From the NCBI GenBank assembly GCA_027604505.1, contig JADIIX010000034.1, positions 1-64,000 of the forward strand: a DNA stretch of 64,000 nucleotides, given 5' to 3'. Below the pieces are notes generated by a model. It did not search any database, was not told where the DNA came from, and worked only from the letters and a program-made list of their open reading frames with translations. The first letter of the stretch is position 1. The number at the start of each line of letters is the position of its first letter. This stretch comes from Gonapodya sp. JEL0774 (taxonomy: Eukaryota). Shown here piece by piece: positions 35,713 to 48,424 of the stretch. Made by a program: the position numbers and the translations under genes.

Positions 35713-38700
35713 TCAAGACCAGAAAATGGCACGATCGTCTATCCAGTATTCCAAGCGTTGTGGTTGGACATTAGTGGTACTTCCAGATGTTGGCACAGCA
35801 AATCTACCCTTCCCAATATTTTGTCCAATCAGCGTCCGAATTCGCGTTGCCACCTCAAACTTGGTAAATATTCGGATCTCGTCCCCCTGTGACACGGGAA
35901 GTACGGCAATCAAAGAAGTGAACTCAACGCATGAGACGTAAGTACGCACCTCAAAGCATGCATTGCACAAAGGAAGCCTTTCCGCCACGATAGCTCTTGC
36001 CACCTCTATCCATAATGGACGATCGGCTCCTGGTATAATCCAATACCCTCGGACGCCCTCATTCCCATTCTTCGATGCAAGTGGATTCCATGTTACCGGA
36101 GCGTTTTGCACTCCCTCCGGAAAGGGAATGTTTCTGGGGTGGTTCGCCCAGACCTAAAAGGATTTTTCCGCCGTTTCAAGCATTGTTAAGAGCATGACTG
36201 ACCAGAGACTTACCACTTTTGCAGAACGCTCCCCTTTTCTTTTTGGAATTGCAATCTCTCTGGATGCCTTCGGATCCGCCGGCCCACGAGGGTTTTCCAC
36301 AGAGAAACCGGACGTTCTGCGCCGGGGTTTATCTGAGCGGTGCCTACCAGTCCGACCGCTTTGCTTTGCAATTATGTTTGCCTCGTGGTTTTGCGGACGT
36401 TTGTTAGTATTAGTCACGTTAATAGTCTCGGAATCAGTGGTGGACGCAGGATCAGATTCTTTTTGTGTAGTAATCCGCTTCTGAGATGATCGATGGCGCT
36501 TCGGAGCATTCCCCAAATCAACTTGCACTTCCTCAAACGCTGGTCTTTTCACCGATGGATAGATAGAAGGCGGCAGATGAGATGCGGTGGAAGAGATTGC
36601 AGACCGTTTTGAAATCCCCGAAGTCCTGCTCTGATCTTTCCGCACACTGGAATCATTCCCAAAGTGGTGTAATGAGGCTTTCTTTCCAACATCCCAATTC
36701 TCAGACGAAATGCGATTGTGGGATTTCGAGGAGAAAGCAGATGGTTCCAGTTCCCCTCGCGGCTCCGTTGATGCTCTCGCCGTACTTGATGTTCCCGCAC
36801 CAGGAGTGGAACGTGCCTTTGGAGATGTAACTGAAAGATGCCTGCGCCCACGCTTCGGATCAATTATCGTCGCGTCCGGATCCCAATTCGAAGTTAGCGG
36901 ATCCTCGTCACTGGATTCGTTTTGCATCTGTTCCATCCACAATTCAAAGGATGACTTTCGGCGAACACTGGGAGGCGGAGGGCTTTCAGATAACGATTCT
37001 AACAGCATATCTGTTATGTCAACTTCTCCCAGCAACTGCCTTTCAGTCGATGGCGAGGAGGATTTTCTACTCCGCAGCGAGGATGAGGAGAGTCGAGATA
37101 ACATCAGTTTATCAATTGGGGGTGTCTTCTCACGGTCCTTTTGATTCGGTATGATCGCGACACCTCGTTGCAGAGATGAAGATCCAAAAAGTGCAGACGT
37201 TGGCAGATCGGATTGACGAAAAGGAGGCGTCTTTGCACGAGGCGAGTGACCAACTTCACGTCGAGATGCTCTTTCGCGGGATCTCGGTGTCCTAGGCAGT
37301 GCTGGAATAGCAGAGAGTTCACGTGCACCGATGTCAGATGAGGATGGTCCCCCTTGATCGATCGCAGGAGTCTTTGAGCGTGCTGCGTGAAAATCACCGA
37401 CGGAACGGGCTGAGTTTGGTCTCGGTGGTGTAGCCACAGACACAGCAAGCGCAGGGAGAGCAGGGGAAGTAGGCTCAGAAATCTCTTTTGCCGGGACCTG
37501 AAACCTCGTCGAATCCGTCGTTTCAGTCAATTCGGGTTCATGGCTGTGGGAAACAGGCTCGGTTGGTTTCAGTAGATGCTCAAGTGCCCCTGCTTCGGGT
37601 TGCGGCAACGAGCCGGCCCTGGTATCCTCTGGAGTCAAAGTTCCATCACGCAACGAGCCGGCTCTGATGTTCTCAGGAGTCAAAGTTCCATCGCGCAACG
37701 AGCTGGCCCTCGTATCCTCAGGAGTCAAAGTTCCATCATAACCTCTTTTTGGTGGCATCGACAACGCATTTACCCAGGGATCTGTTGTGATGGAGGCTCG
37801 CTGCCCAGAATTTATGCCCTGTGTGGCGACGACAGGTTGACGACCTTTCCGTGATACTGGTGGCAACTTATCAATAGTCGCGTTGTCTAACTTATCAATA
37901 GCCGCGTCCTCTGACTTATCAACAGTCGTGCCGTCTGACCATAACCTATGTTCAGAACCTCTGCTAATGAGTGTTCTTTGATTCCTCAACTTGGAAGTAA
38001 CATGATCCAAGACTTTTCGTGGTTGATCGAGAGTTGCAGGCGTCAATAATGATGGACTCAGAAGTGCGGGGGCGCGATCGCTTTCCGGAGCCTTGCCTGC
38101 AATTGAGATGTCAATAAGCGGGGCGGTTGCTTCACGCCAGTGACTGCTCGCTGAGTCCTGCTCATTCTCTTTCGGAACAGTCGTTCTCTTCCGCTTATGC
38201 GGCGGCCCAGAGTCGCTGTGATTGCTCGGAGCATCGATTGTCGTTCCAAGACCACTTTGCAAGGATATATCCATCACAAGTGCACTCCGTACGTCTGCGA
38301 AAACTGAAGATATGTCGCGTTTCTCATCTTCAGCCATCTCTGCGGAATGGTTGGGGACTTCTGACCCTGCCGAGACCTCAAACGTAGAACTAGAGGATAG
38401 TCCGCGAGTTTCAGCCGGGGAGAAGGTGTTCTGCTCAGAAAGAACTCCTTGCTCATCAAAAGCATTGAGGCTCCGTCCGATATCCGAGACAGATTCTGGC
38501 ACTGTAGACAGATCCGACGGAGCTGCGACAGACAGGGGTACCACATTCTCTGCCTCTCCATTATCTCTACCAACGATAGCAGTTGATGAGTCTCTCGTCC
38601 TCTTTCGGGGTCGCTCTTCCAATTCTACTTCCAGGTCGTACTTGTACTGGGGTCTCTTTGCCATTTGACTGGTAAACAGCATTTTTCGGCTGAGGGAAGA

Positions 38701-41700
38701 GCTTGCCTGAGGTGGTAAGCTGGTCAATGGTTGTTTTGTAATCTGTGTGCTCTCCCCTTGTATCAACGACGATACCTGCGGGCTTGATGAGGCATTTGCT
38801 GAAGGGACTAGCTCTTCCAGTCCCTTTCCGTCCAGCGTGCTATCATCCGCTATCATGATTGCTTCATCTGAGTATTTGCGAGCAATCTCCGGGTGTGACG
38901 TTGTACTCGTGCGTGTCGGGGGTGCAAGATCCAGTACCTCGCTAAGTTCGACATTCAGATCAGTTGTAACCACTTGGGTGACTGCAATTGAGTTGCTCCT
39001 CAATGCTGACGGCACTTTCGAAATATTTTCTCCAATTGCAGTGGACATTGATGCTGCCATAGTATCCGCCTCGGAGCTTGAGGACCGCATTCCACTTTTC
39101 AATACTGAGCTGAGTTCCAAAACCTGGTCACTTCCGGCGGAGGACTGCACCTCCTCCACTGGATGTGCTCCAATTGGGGTTCGAGTACGGTTTGCAATAA
39201 CGGGTGCAAGAATTGGTGGGAGAGCTGTCGAATCACGTTCCACAGATCCTAAAGACACTGTACACGGCCGAGTTGACACCTGCATTGCAATGAAGGCCCA
39301 ACTCTTGCACTTACCAGCGCTCCTTCTCCGTTTGTCCACCAGAATCTCCACTTCCATCGCGAACTTTTGATTCCGTGAAACTGAAGGAGAGGGTACAACC
39401 ATTGCGCCATCCGCAGAAACGGGAGCCTCCGATGTCCACCCCAGCCTCTGTACAAGATCGCTTCTACTTTGCTCATCGAGAAATTTTTTCTTTTTCGTCT
39501 GCTCTTCAACGCCCTCCGAAACCGATTTTTCATTTTTGCGCCGCTCAAAGTTATTCGTATCGCGCGCTCTGCGAGTTTCAGGAGACGCAACGGTTCTACG
39601 TTTCTCGGTCACTTGTCGAGTTTTAGTCGAAGGAAATACCAACTTCGAGGAAACCGAAAATCGTGAGTCTTCTCCCAGACTCGTATCGGAATCAGACATA
39701 GAAGAGAGATCCGATGGGATAGAAGAGAGGTCGGAGGAAAAGTCCGAAGCAGCTGGTGATTTTGGGACCGATACCGGCAATGCCACTGGAATGACTCCGT
39801 AAAAATGAGATGCGTACTTTGCAAGCTGAAACGATCAACTTTCACCCACCATCACCAGTCTCTGTACTCCCTACACTTACTCTCCGATCCACATCCAGAG
39901 TTCCACCTCGGCCCCTCCCTCGTCCCCTGCCCCGTCCCCTGACTCGCCCCCTGCCCCGTCCCCTCTCTCGCCTCAGAACTTCGAGCACCGGCTCACGTGC
40001 AACCACTGTTGAATGGTCAATCGTGAGTACACCGTTCTCGTTAACTTCGGGAGAGAACGAGTGATCGGGTGACAATGTTAATTCAACATCAGACATTGAC
40101 TTCAAGTGTCCTGGAATCCGGAGAGAGGCGGAGACGATTGCAGATGGCGGTGAAGAAGGACCGTCCATACTCTCTAGTAAGGGCGACTGGGTCGATCTCC
40201 TGTCTTTATCTCTGGCATGCGTCGCATCCTTTTGTGTGACGGTACACTCAGTTGCGGGTGATCTTGCTTGCGAGGGGTCCAAATCCACAGCAATAGAATC
40301 TATTCGAGACAGGGGCAGAGAACATGAGCACCCGACCACCAGTGAATTCTCGGAGTTAAAATCAGCGAATCGAGCTTACCTCGTGACCTCCCTTCCTCGA
40401 CGCTCATTTGCCTGTGACCCTTTCCCCTTCCTCGGCCTCGGCCCCTCCCTCGCCCTGCTGCCATCACCACCAAGTTGTCGGTCACAATGGCCTTCTCCTC
40501 CGGTATTAATGTTCCCACCGCTTTCAATGCGGAAGTCTGAGTAGGTTTTTTCACAGCCTCTGGTGAGGAGACGGATTCGGGGACTGTTGGTGATGTTACC
40601 GATGTCAATGATCGTCCGGCAGGCATGCTCTCCTTGCCAATCTCGACAAATGGGGAGGGAGTAGTCTCCACCACCGACTTTGGTGAGTGTGCAGCTAAGA
40701 TTGGACAGAAGAGGGGAGAGAATGTCGGCAATAGCACTTATATGAAAGTTCGAAAAACCTTCCGGAAAACTAGTGCACTCACTTCCCCGACCCTCCATCT
40801 CTGCCTCACTCCCATCATCTCTGTCCTTTTCCATGTCTCCCTTCTTCCTCCCTTTCTTCTTGCTCCCCTTTCCCCTGCCCGCTGCTGGGCCTGCGAATGC
40901 CGGGTTTGGATACATCCCGTCTGATGAAAAACTGACAATCAACGAGTCCATGTCAGGTATGGATGCCACAGACACGGACCGCCGAAGCGGTACTGACGGC
41001 GGCGGCCCAACAAAGGTTGCAGATATGCGATGGGATGGGGGAGGGAGAGGGGGGCGAGAGGAGGAAGGCGAGAGCAAGAGCGGGGTGGGTTCTGCGTGTA
41101 TGAAGTCACGAGAGAATAGAGATGGGGAGGGCGGGTGTTGAAGGGATGCAGGAGAGCCAGCAATCGCTGTCGGCCGTGGTTCGTGATCTTGATTCGGCTG
41201 CGAGATCGCTGACAGCTTTTTGAGCAGTCTTGGGGAGTGGAGCATATTGGTGGACCCTCCAAGCGACGACATCGACAGTGAGTGCTTCTGGGAGAGGACT
41301 GTGGGGGATGATTTTCTCTTGTTCTTCTCACCAGTCGAGGAGGACGATTGTGATGGAGAATCTTTCTGTGAATTCACTTGAACTGCTACTTCCGGTTCCG
41401 CTCCTGAAGGTCTCTCAGACTGCGAGCCTTGGAACCATTTGTTTGATTCCCCATTGGACGCACTGTCTGGTCCCCACTGTTGAGTAACCCCCATTCCCTC
41501 TTGTGTTTGCATTTGCGACAACTTTGATGATGCTTCTGACGGAGACGATCCCTCCAATTGTGCCTGATTTCCTGGCTGTGTCTGCGACGGAGAGTCCACT
41601 ACACGAAGCTGACCAGATGCAGGCACCGGTGATGTCGGAAACGCAACAACTACCCCTGCACGCCTGCGACCATCACCACCAGTCCCCTTCATCGGCGCAG

Positions 41701-43739
41701 GTTTGAGCACTGGTACAGATGATCCATTTTGTACTTGTGCAAATTTTGCAACGATCGGCCCGGTCCCGGACTCCAACCGTTCAATCACACGCTCCGTCTC
41801 CCCCAATGATTGCCTTGCTGCCATCCCGGTATCACGCTCTCGGATATCACCATCCCGGCGGGCAGGGGGCAGCGGCTTTCGACTGACCGTAGGTACGGGA
41901 AATGCGGGAATAAGGGAGGGAGCGAGAGCGGGGAATGGCATGGCAGGCGGTGTCGTTGAGGATGGAGGGCGGGATGGCGCGGATGTGCCAACAAGTGCAA
42001 TAGTAGTTGCGGGAGCCGCCGGCGCAGCGGCTGATGCGTTGAGCTGCCTCGCCCTCGCTTCAGTTCGGCTCTCCCTTATTTTTGCGCGAACATTCGTCCC
42101 AGCTTCTCTCTCATCTTCCGAATCAGATATTTGTTCAAGCTCCACGTCTTGACTGAAAAAAGAGGAAATTTTTTTCTCCGGCTGGGTTTGGATTGCGGGT
42201 GGGGGCGAAGGCTGGTGGGGGGGAGGTGGTGCTGGTGCAGAAACGGCCCCATGACCGTTACCGTACCTATACCCGTAGCCGTATCCATATCCATATCCAT
42301 ATCCATAACCATAACCGGGCCGAGTCACAGGTCGTCCCAATGCCGGTGAATGCCCGGAGGTGGAACTTTGTGAGGGTCCAAAGGTCCGTCCGTTGTTTGT
42401 TCCGATTTTGCTTCTTCCTCCACTCCACTTTGATAAGGATCCTGCTTCCATTCCACCGTAGCTACCGATTTCATTGCTTTCAACGGCTTCTCCTATCATG
42501 AGCATATTCTCGGGAACTGGTGGGGGAGGTGGGAGGGTGGCTGTGGTGGCCGGCACTGGGCGGCGGAGTGGAGGCAGGTGGAGAGCAACGTGCCAGATCG
42601 GGAGTGTGGCAGTGGCTGGGGTTATATGCGCAGTTGTGGTCGCCGGAGGTGGCGAGGAGCTGAAGGGGGGGAGAGGGAGAGGGGGCGAAGAAAAAACCCC
42701 TGGCGAACAAGGGCAGTAAGGTGACCCAAGTAGAGAACAACACAGAAAGAGGAACAGTGAAAGACGTGCGATGGAAAATGATACAGCAACAATACCTACA
42801 GGCACTCGGCGATGCAGAACCATGGTCAGGACTTGCCGGGGACGGAAGGTAAGATGCAGAGTTGATAGGATGAGGTAGCGGGGGTTCAGGTGGTGGAGGG
42901 GGTGGAGGGGGTGGTGGAGGGGGCCGGGGAACTGAGGCTGGTACTGAGAATGTGGTGCGTTGGGGTACCGTTGTGGACGTGGCCGAGGAGGAACCTGGTG
43001 GCAAGACACCATAGTTGTCTCTCAAAACTGCGGCAAGTAAGTGAGAATCGTGCGCGTCGAGAGAGGAGAGGGGCGGTGGAGATGTGGAGCGTCTTGAGAG
43101 ATGGGGTACGGCGGCAGATGCCGAATTGGGCATGTGGAGGAGTGAAACATGGAGGGGAATGCGAAGGTCATCACGGAGTGTTGAAAAGGGGGGTGGTGGT
43201 GCTACAGGTTGTGAATGAGCGCGAGGTGGGGGTGAGGGCGAAGGAGCTCTTTTATTCAAGTGGAGGGTGGCAGGAGAATTGTCCACTGGCAGCTTGGGCG
43301 GCGCGTCTGCTCCACCAGTCCTACTCTCCCACGGAGCCGCCTTTGAGATGGTAGACGAGACTCTTGATGCCACCCGCGCTCCACCTGACGGAGTCTCTTT
43401 GGTTGCACCTGCAGATGCGCTCTCCAACTCCTGTTCCACCAGTACTCTCGGTGCCACCACGTCCGCATTGGCCGCATCAACACCTTGGTTTTGGGGTATA
43501 TCTGTGACTGCCAACGCTATATCTACATCTGCGGCTCTGCCCATCGTGTGTTTGGTTTCGGTGGACGGAGGGAGTAGCCCACGACCAGGCCTTGTCTCTG
43601 GGATGAGTGCCTGTGGCAAAATGTCTACATCATCTCCATCATAAACTTCAAACTGCTTCAAAGAATCCACGAATACGGGATAGGAAGTGATTCCCAGGGG
43701 ATCATCCGAATCGTGAGATGTTTGAGAGGGAGGTGTCAT
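35713..43739 (-). CDS. Very large (about 2400-2500 aa) mostly disordered protein with SQ/TQ cluster, RG repeats, GY repeat and a small C-terminal domain
   Basis: Co-oriented ORFs 42480-43739, 40376-43012, 40300-40737, 39842-40339, 36154-39786 and 35713-36111, each with plausible GT donors. A pyrimidine tract and tag| just before ATG 43739 suggest a further upstream exon. Confidence 0.65.
37605..37738 (-). repeat. 45-bp coding tandem repeat x3 (DGTLTPEDTRA[G/S]SLR)
   Basis: Unit gcaacgagccggccctggtatcctctggagtcaaagttccatcac occurs three times with few substitutions. Confidence 0.92.
42258..42318 (-). repeat. Hexamer coding repeat giving (GY)n
   Basis: ccatat/ccataa/ccgtag units; translates GYGYGYGYGYGYGYRYGNG. 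Confidence 0.9.
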
Positions 43740-44859
43740 TAATCTCTAGGGAATTGAGACAGCAAGCGAAGCCAGGAGTGCAAGAAAAGCAAGACAAAAC
43801 AAGACGTTCTGCGAGCTCGGTGTCTTCATGAGTTTGACACAAAAGGTGGATCCCGGCCGTTCCATGGGAAGACGGTGAAGAACGGAATCACTTTTAGGCC
43901 AGCAAGCGGAGGAATACGCAAAGTCAAAGAACGATCGACTAGATTTTAGCTCGCTCCGTCCCTGTGCCGTCAAAGACCATTGGTGCTTGTCCTTTCAACG
44001 TGCCCGTCAATTGCTTCTTGAACAAATCGCCAGCCTTCGCAGATTGACTCGTCATTTCATTGCATTCTCGCATTTAGATCACACGCATCTCGTCCTTTGT
44101 CCCCTTCGAATCAATTTTGGGCCTATACCAACAAGGAATATGCTGATCCCACTGCGCGTTCTCCGTCCTCGCAAGCACTCACCTGCCACGTATTTCTTCC
44201 TTGCTTATAAAATATTTGTTCCCAGTGTCAGGTTTTGAAGGTTTGTATCGAGAAAACCTGGGGTGGCTCCAGAGCAGGACCTCGCTCTCTTCCGTTATGA
44301 GCTAGTGCGTTCTGTGGCCTATGGTTTACATTACAAAGCGTAAATTACAAACGTCCACAACTCTTCGACACCTCCTTCGCAAATCAGCTATCCCGCCTCG
44401 GTGGCCTCCTCCCTCCTTTGACAACTACGTTGAGAATGGATGTGGCCAGCTCCTGGTCCTTGCTCAATGCACCAACCCAGGTCGGGAATCAGATCTAAGT
44501 TGCTGGTTGCAATACTCTGGGTGTCTAATCTTCTTGGATGTACCGGGGGGCATTGGGGACTTACACGCCCTGGACAATGTAAGTCACCAACGCCAAACAA
44601 GATGCATATTGTTCTGTTGTAGATCATGTTAAGTAGACTGAAGGTGTCTTCAACTGACGAATCTGTGCTAGTGTCCGGTCCGCTGGAGAAGTTAGGGTCC
44701 ACCACATTTCTATTACAGAAAGTATGTGGATCCAAGGCGCTCATAGTAAGAAAGTACTCAGCGATAGAGAAGTCCAAATTAGCAACACCAAAGACCATGC
44801 TCGTACACCACGATTCTCTGTTCGTGATCTCTTACAATGTACGATCACCTGGGCCTTCG

Positions 44860-46576
44860 CTACCCACTCTGACCCAACATTCCCTCCTCGGAGCCCAGCG
44901 GTGCCTTGCTCTGAGTTTTCTGTTTCATTCCGGTAGCATCCGGTGATTTCATTGCTGACGATGGCGATACAGAGGAAGGAGATGCAGTGCGCCCGTCCGA
45001 AGTGGGCGTGTATGTCGGCGAGGTCGGGGACCCGGCTCGGGGCAACCCCGTCTCTGGATCGAGGTCATATGTGTACTCGGTCTTCCGCGCATCTCGGGCA
45101 TCACGCTTGGCACGCTTTTGCTTTTTGCGCCAGTCTTGCATATCTTCGGTCTGTTCGTATTTCATTGAGCCGTACATTTCCCGTTCGGGCATGACGTACC
45201 TGGGAGACAATCGAGAAACACGGGATGGAGACCGATCCAGAACGGAACTTTCGGGGGGAATGGTACCAACACTCACATCATCAGCAACTCGACAAGAATC
45301 CTTGCCGATGTGATAAGTGGGATAACGGCAACAAGGTTCGACAAGAAGGCTAGGAAATTGAATCTTCCGATGCTTCCTGTTGGCGCGTGGTTTCGTTTCG
45401 TCAATTCAATAAGCACCCTCAAAACCACAGCCTTGCTTTACATGCTGAACAGACAACAGAGAAGCATATAAAGCAAGAAAGCCATCACTCTCACCTGTTT
45501 GAACCACTACGATTCGGATTCCCTTCCTATCCCATACTGTCCATTGCCCACTTGTAGCATTGTAGCCTTTCGTTTGCAACACCTTGTATTCCTGACTTGT
45601 AACGGTGGATACCACGTATGTGTATTTAAGAGCGCTGGGGTCCGATTCTCTGTTTTCATAGTTAATGGCAATGGTGATTACGAGTCCAGACTGACGGAGA
45701 GTTTCACCCGTAGCGACACCATTGGGCCGGATTTGTGCTGAGTCCAGTGAGGTGATACCAGCCGCAGTAAGGAGATCCTTGACGGTCATGACATCACCAT
45801 AGACGCCCATCGGGACGTTTGTAGCGCGATACGCGTCGTCATAATTTATCAAGATTTTCTTTGACTGATCAAGTAGTTCGCCTTTCATTTGTGGTCCATA
45901 CTGCACAACGCCAGATTTGTCCGACCTGACAGAATGGTCAAGCATGAGTGTGTACGACTCAATGTCAGCAACGTAGCTGGTCGATGATGCACCGGTGCCT
46001 GAGGCCGAGCAATTAGCAGTGAGAGGAGGTGCGAGTTGCTGAGTAGAGGAACAGACCAATCCAACAGGCACAATCTTCTCGTAAGTTTTAAGTTTGGTGG
46101 TGACGAAGATGGCGGCTTCTTCGGACTCGGGGTATCGCACGTCGATCTGGTATGTACGAGGAAATAGCGCGATGTGTCGGAAAGCCACCAACCATGTCCG
46201 ATTATAGAGAACGTTATTCGCGAGTTGGTCACTCCAATAGATCTTCCCCGTCCCCTCATTTACGACTCACTTGATCTAAAAACACACATGGCGCGCCATA
46301 AGTAGTGCAATAACCTGGTGACTTCCAAGCGTCGGCAGTCGGTGGCTTCAGAGTTATCCGTACAGCCCCAGCGATTGGTGGCGCCGAATTCAAATACAAC
46401 TGCTGCGCAACAATCGAGTAAAGCACGTATCCCAGAGCGGCGAGCGATGCCGAGATGTAGACCAATCCGAGGCGACGGTCACGGATCTGCACGTATTTGG
46501 GCGTCGCGTACGAGAAGGTCACGTCCGCATCCCAGCCACTTTTAAAATCATTCCAACGGGATTTGATGGTCGGCAT
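44860..46576 (-). CDS. P2X purinergic receptor-like ion channel (Dictyostelium/protist-type)
   Basis: FSYATPKYVQIRDRRLG (YxTxK), TM1, PIAGAVRITLKPP, ESYTLMLDHS, RQSGLVITIAINYEN, RKGIRIVVVQTGSIGRFNF, TM2, YGSMK (YxxxK). Four exons, GT-AG. Confidence 0.92.
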
Positions 46577-46824
46577 GACGGATCACTTCACGTTGATGTC
46601 CGTCGAGCTGAGACAGCGGCGAGTGAAGAATGGCGGGATTTCAGTCGCGATCGTCTTCAAATACGTGGACGTGGATGGCACGATACTATGGGATGCGCTG
46701 ATGAGAGTGTGAGAACGCGTAATAATATGTATTCGCAAACTGTAGAATTTCAGAGGGGAGTAACAAAAGGCCACAGCGAACGAATTTCTCCAGCACATTT
46801 TCAAAGCAAAAATGAAACGAAAAA

Positions 46825-48057
46825 TTATTCTTCTTCATCAGTATCCGGCTTGCTTCTCTTCGTCTTTCTCTTTGGTTGTTTCCCGCGAGGCTTCTTTATC
46901 GATGCAGTCTTCGATTCCCCATCATCTTCCTGATCACGGCCCGACGACTCATCCTCCTGATCTGACTCATCCTCCTGATCTGACTCCTTCTTCTTCCTTT
47001 TACCCCCTTTCTTTCCCTTCGTCGACTTCGTTGCCTTTGTAAACTTCTTGCTATCGACTACTCCCTCAACCGGCTCCTTTCCTGCCAAATCAACCACAAA
47101 CTCCCACTCCGAATTGGCGACGGGTTGGACCGAAAGTCTTCCTCTATTTATCAGTACCATATCCTTCAGTGGAGGAGGTTGTACAGGTGACTCGGAAGAT
47201 GCGTAAAGCTTCAGTTCGGCGAGAGACAAGAATCTAGGGAGACGGTGTTGGAGACGCACATCAACCTGATCCGAAAAGTTGGTATATATTGGGAGCACGA
47301 AGGTCTAGAAAACACACGGGCTAGCACGTACTCGGTACCATGTGGGTTTCGTGGAGTCCGATTTCGGATCGAAGTAGGGGTGGGAGGAGTCGAACGCGGA
47401 CTCTGTCGGACCGACAGGAGTGGACAAGATGATGACGTTGAGGGTGATTTGGCATTACCTTGGCAGCACCGGTGATGTCCACAAACCATCGGGGTAGCCT
47501 TCTCTGACGACCTAGTTGATGTTAGGACGGTGGGTTGATGGCAGACAATGAGTCATGCAAATCTCACTTCGGCCACGCCTGCGATTCCAGGCGTCTTGCA
47601 ATTTGAATGGTAAAAGAACACTCCATCCCCCAGCTTCATTTGATCCCTCATAACGTTCCGGGCTTGATAATTTCGAACCCCGTCCCACGGTGCATCACCG
47701 GCGGCCTCAAAATGGTCGATCGAGAAAGCCACATCTTTGCCCTTGACGATGCGTGTGTCCGGTTCGGCTTGAGGTGAGATTTCCGGGTTAGTGACTGTGA
47801 TTCCTCCACTGCTCTGAATAGTACATAGTACCTTTCATGAGCCAGTAGCGCTTCTCCCCAGCTGGCCTAGTGTTTTCAGAATCAGTGCGCTTCTTCGACG
47901 ACTTCGTATTCATCACTGAGGATGAAGAGCCGCCATCGAGGACCGAAGACATTCGCTTTGAAGTGCGAGAAGTGGGTAGTTTAACAGGGACTTCTGTATG
48001 AGTCGGGTCAGTTGGAAGATCATCGGGGATTTTGCCTGCAGACCGTTTCGGTGGCAT
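46825..48057 (-). CDS. THYN1: EVE-domain protein (THYN1/Thy28-like)
   Basis: YWLMKAEP, FSIDHF, WDGVRNYQARN, MKLGD..FFYHSNCKTPGIAG, HPYFDPKS, RGRLSVQPV; basic/acidic tail. Confidence 0.93.
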
Positions 48058-48424
48058 TTTAATAAACTCTTCGATGGTTGTCGGCTTCGTTGAACACCGG
48101 CGATGTTGATTGGCCCCGATTGACCTCTTCATGATGAGTGGAAGCAGACTGTACTCACTTATAGTAGAGTACGTTATAGTAGCATTTGAGTTCTCACACC
48201 ACTGCAGGAACGCAGCATTGTACTGATACAACTATGTATACGCTTCGCGAGTAATTCAGTACTGGAAGCCATGGGGACTCTCTTACGACACATCCAGTGG
48301 ATGTGTGGGTTTTATGTAAAGTTTCTTTGGGGAAGAAAAAAATCACTCACATCGGACCAGCTAAGGGCGGGAGGAACCCCAAGAAACTCGTCCCATCCAC
48401 CCAACTTCGCGATTCATTGTGAAA

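Noticed and set aside
43746..44850. Short ORFs (e.g. 44388-44798) or an ncRNA in the 1.1-kb gap
   Set aside because: No recognisable motif or RNA structure; more likely the P2X 3' UTR plus the promoter and 5' exon of the giant gene.
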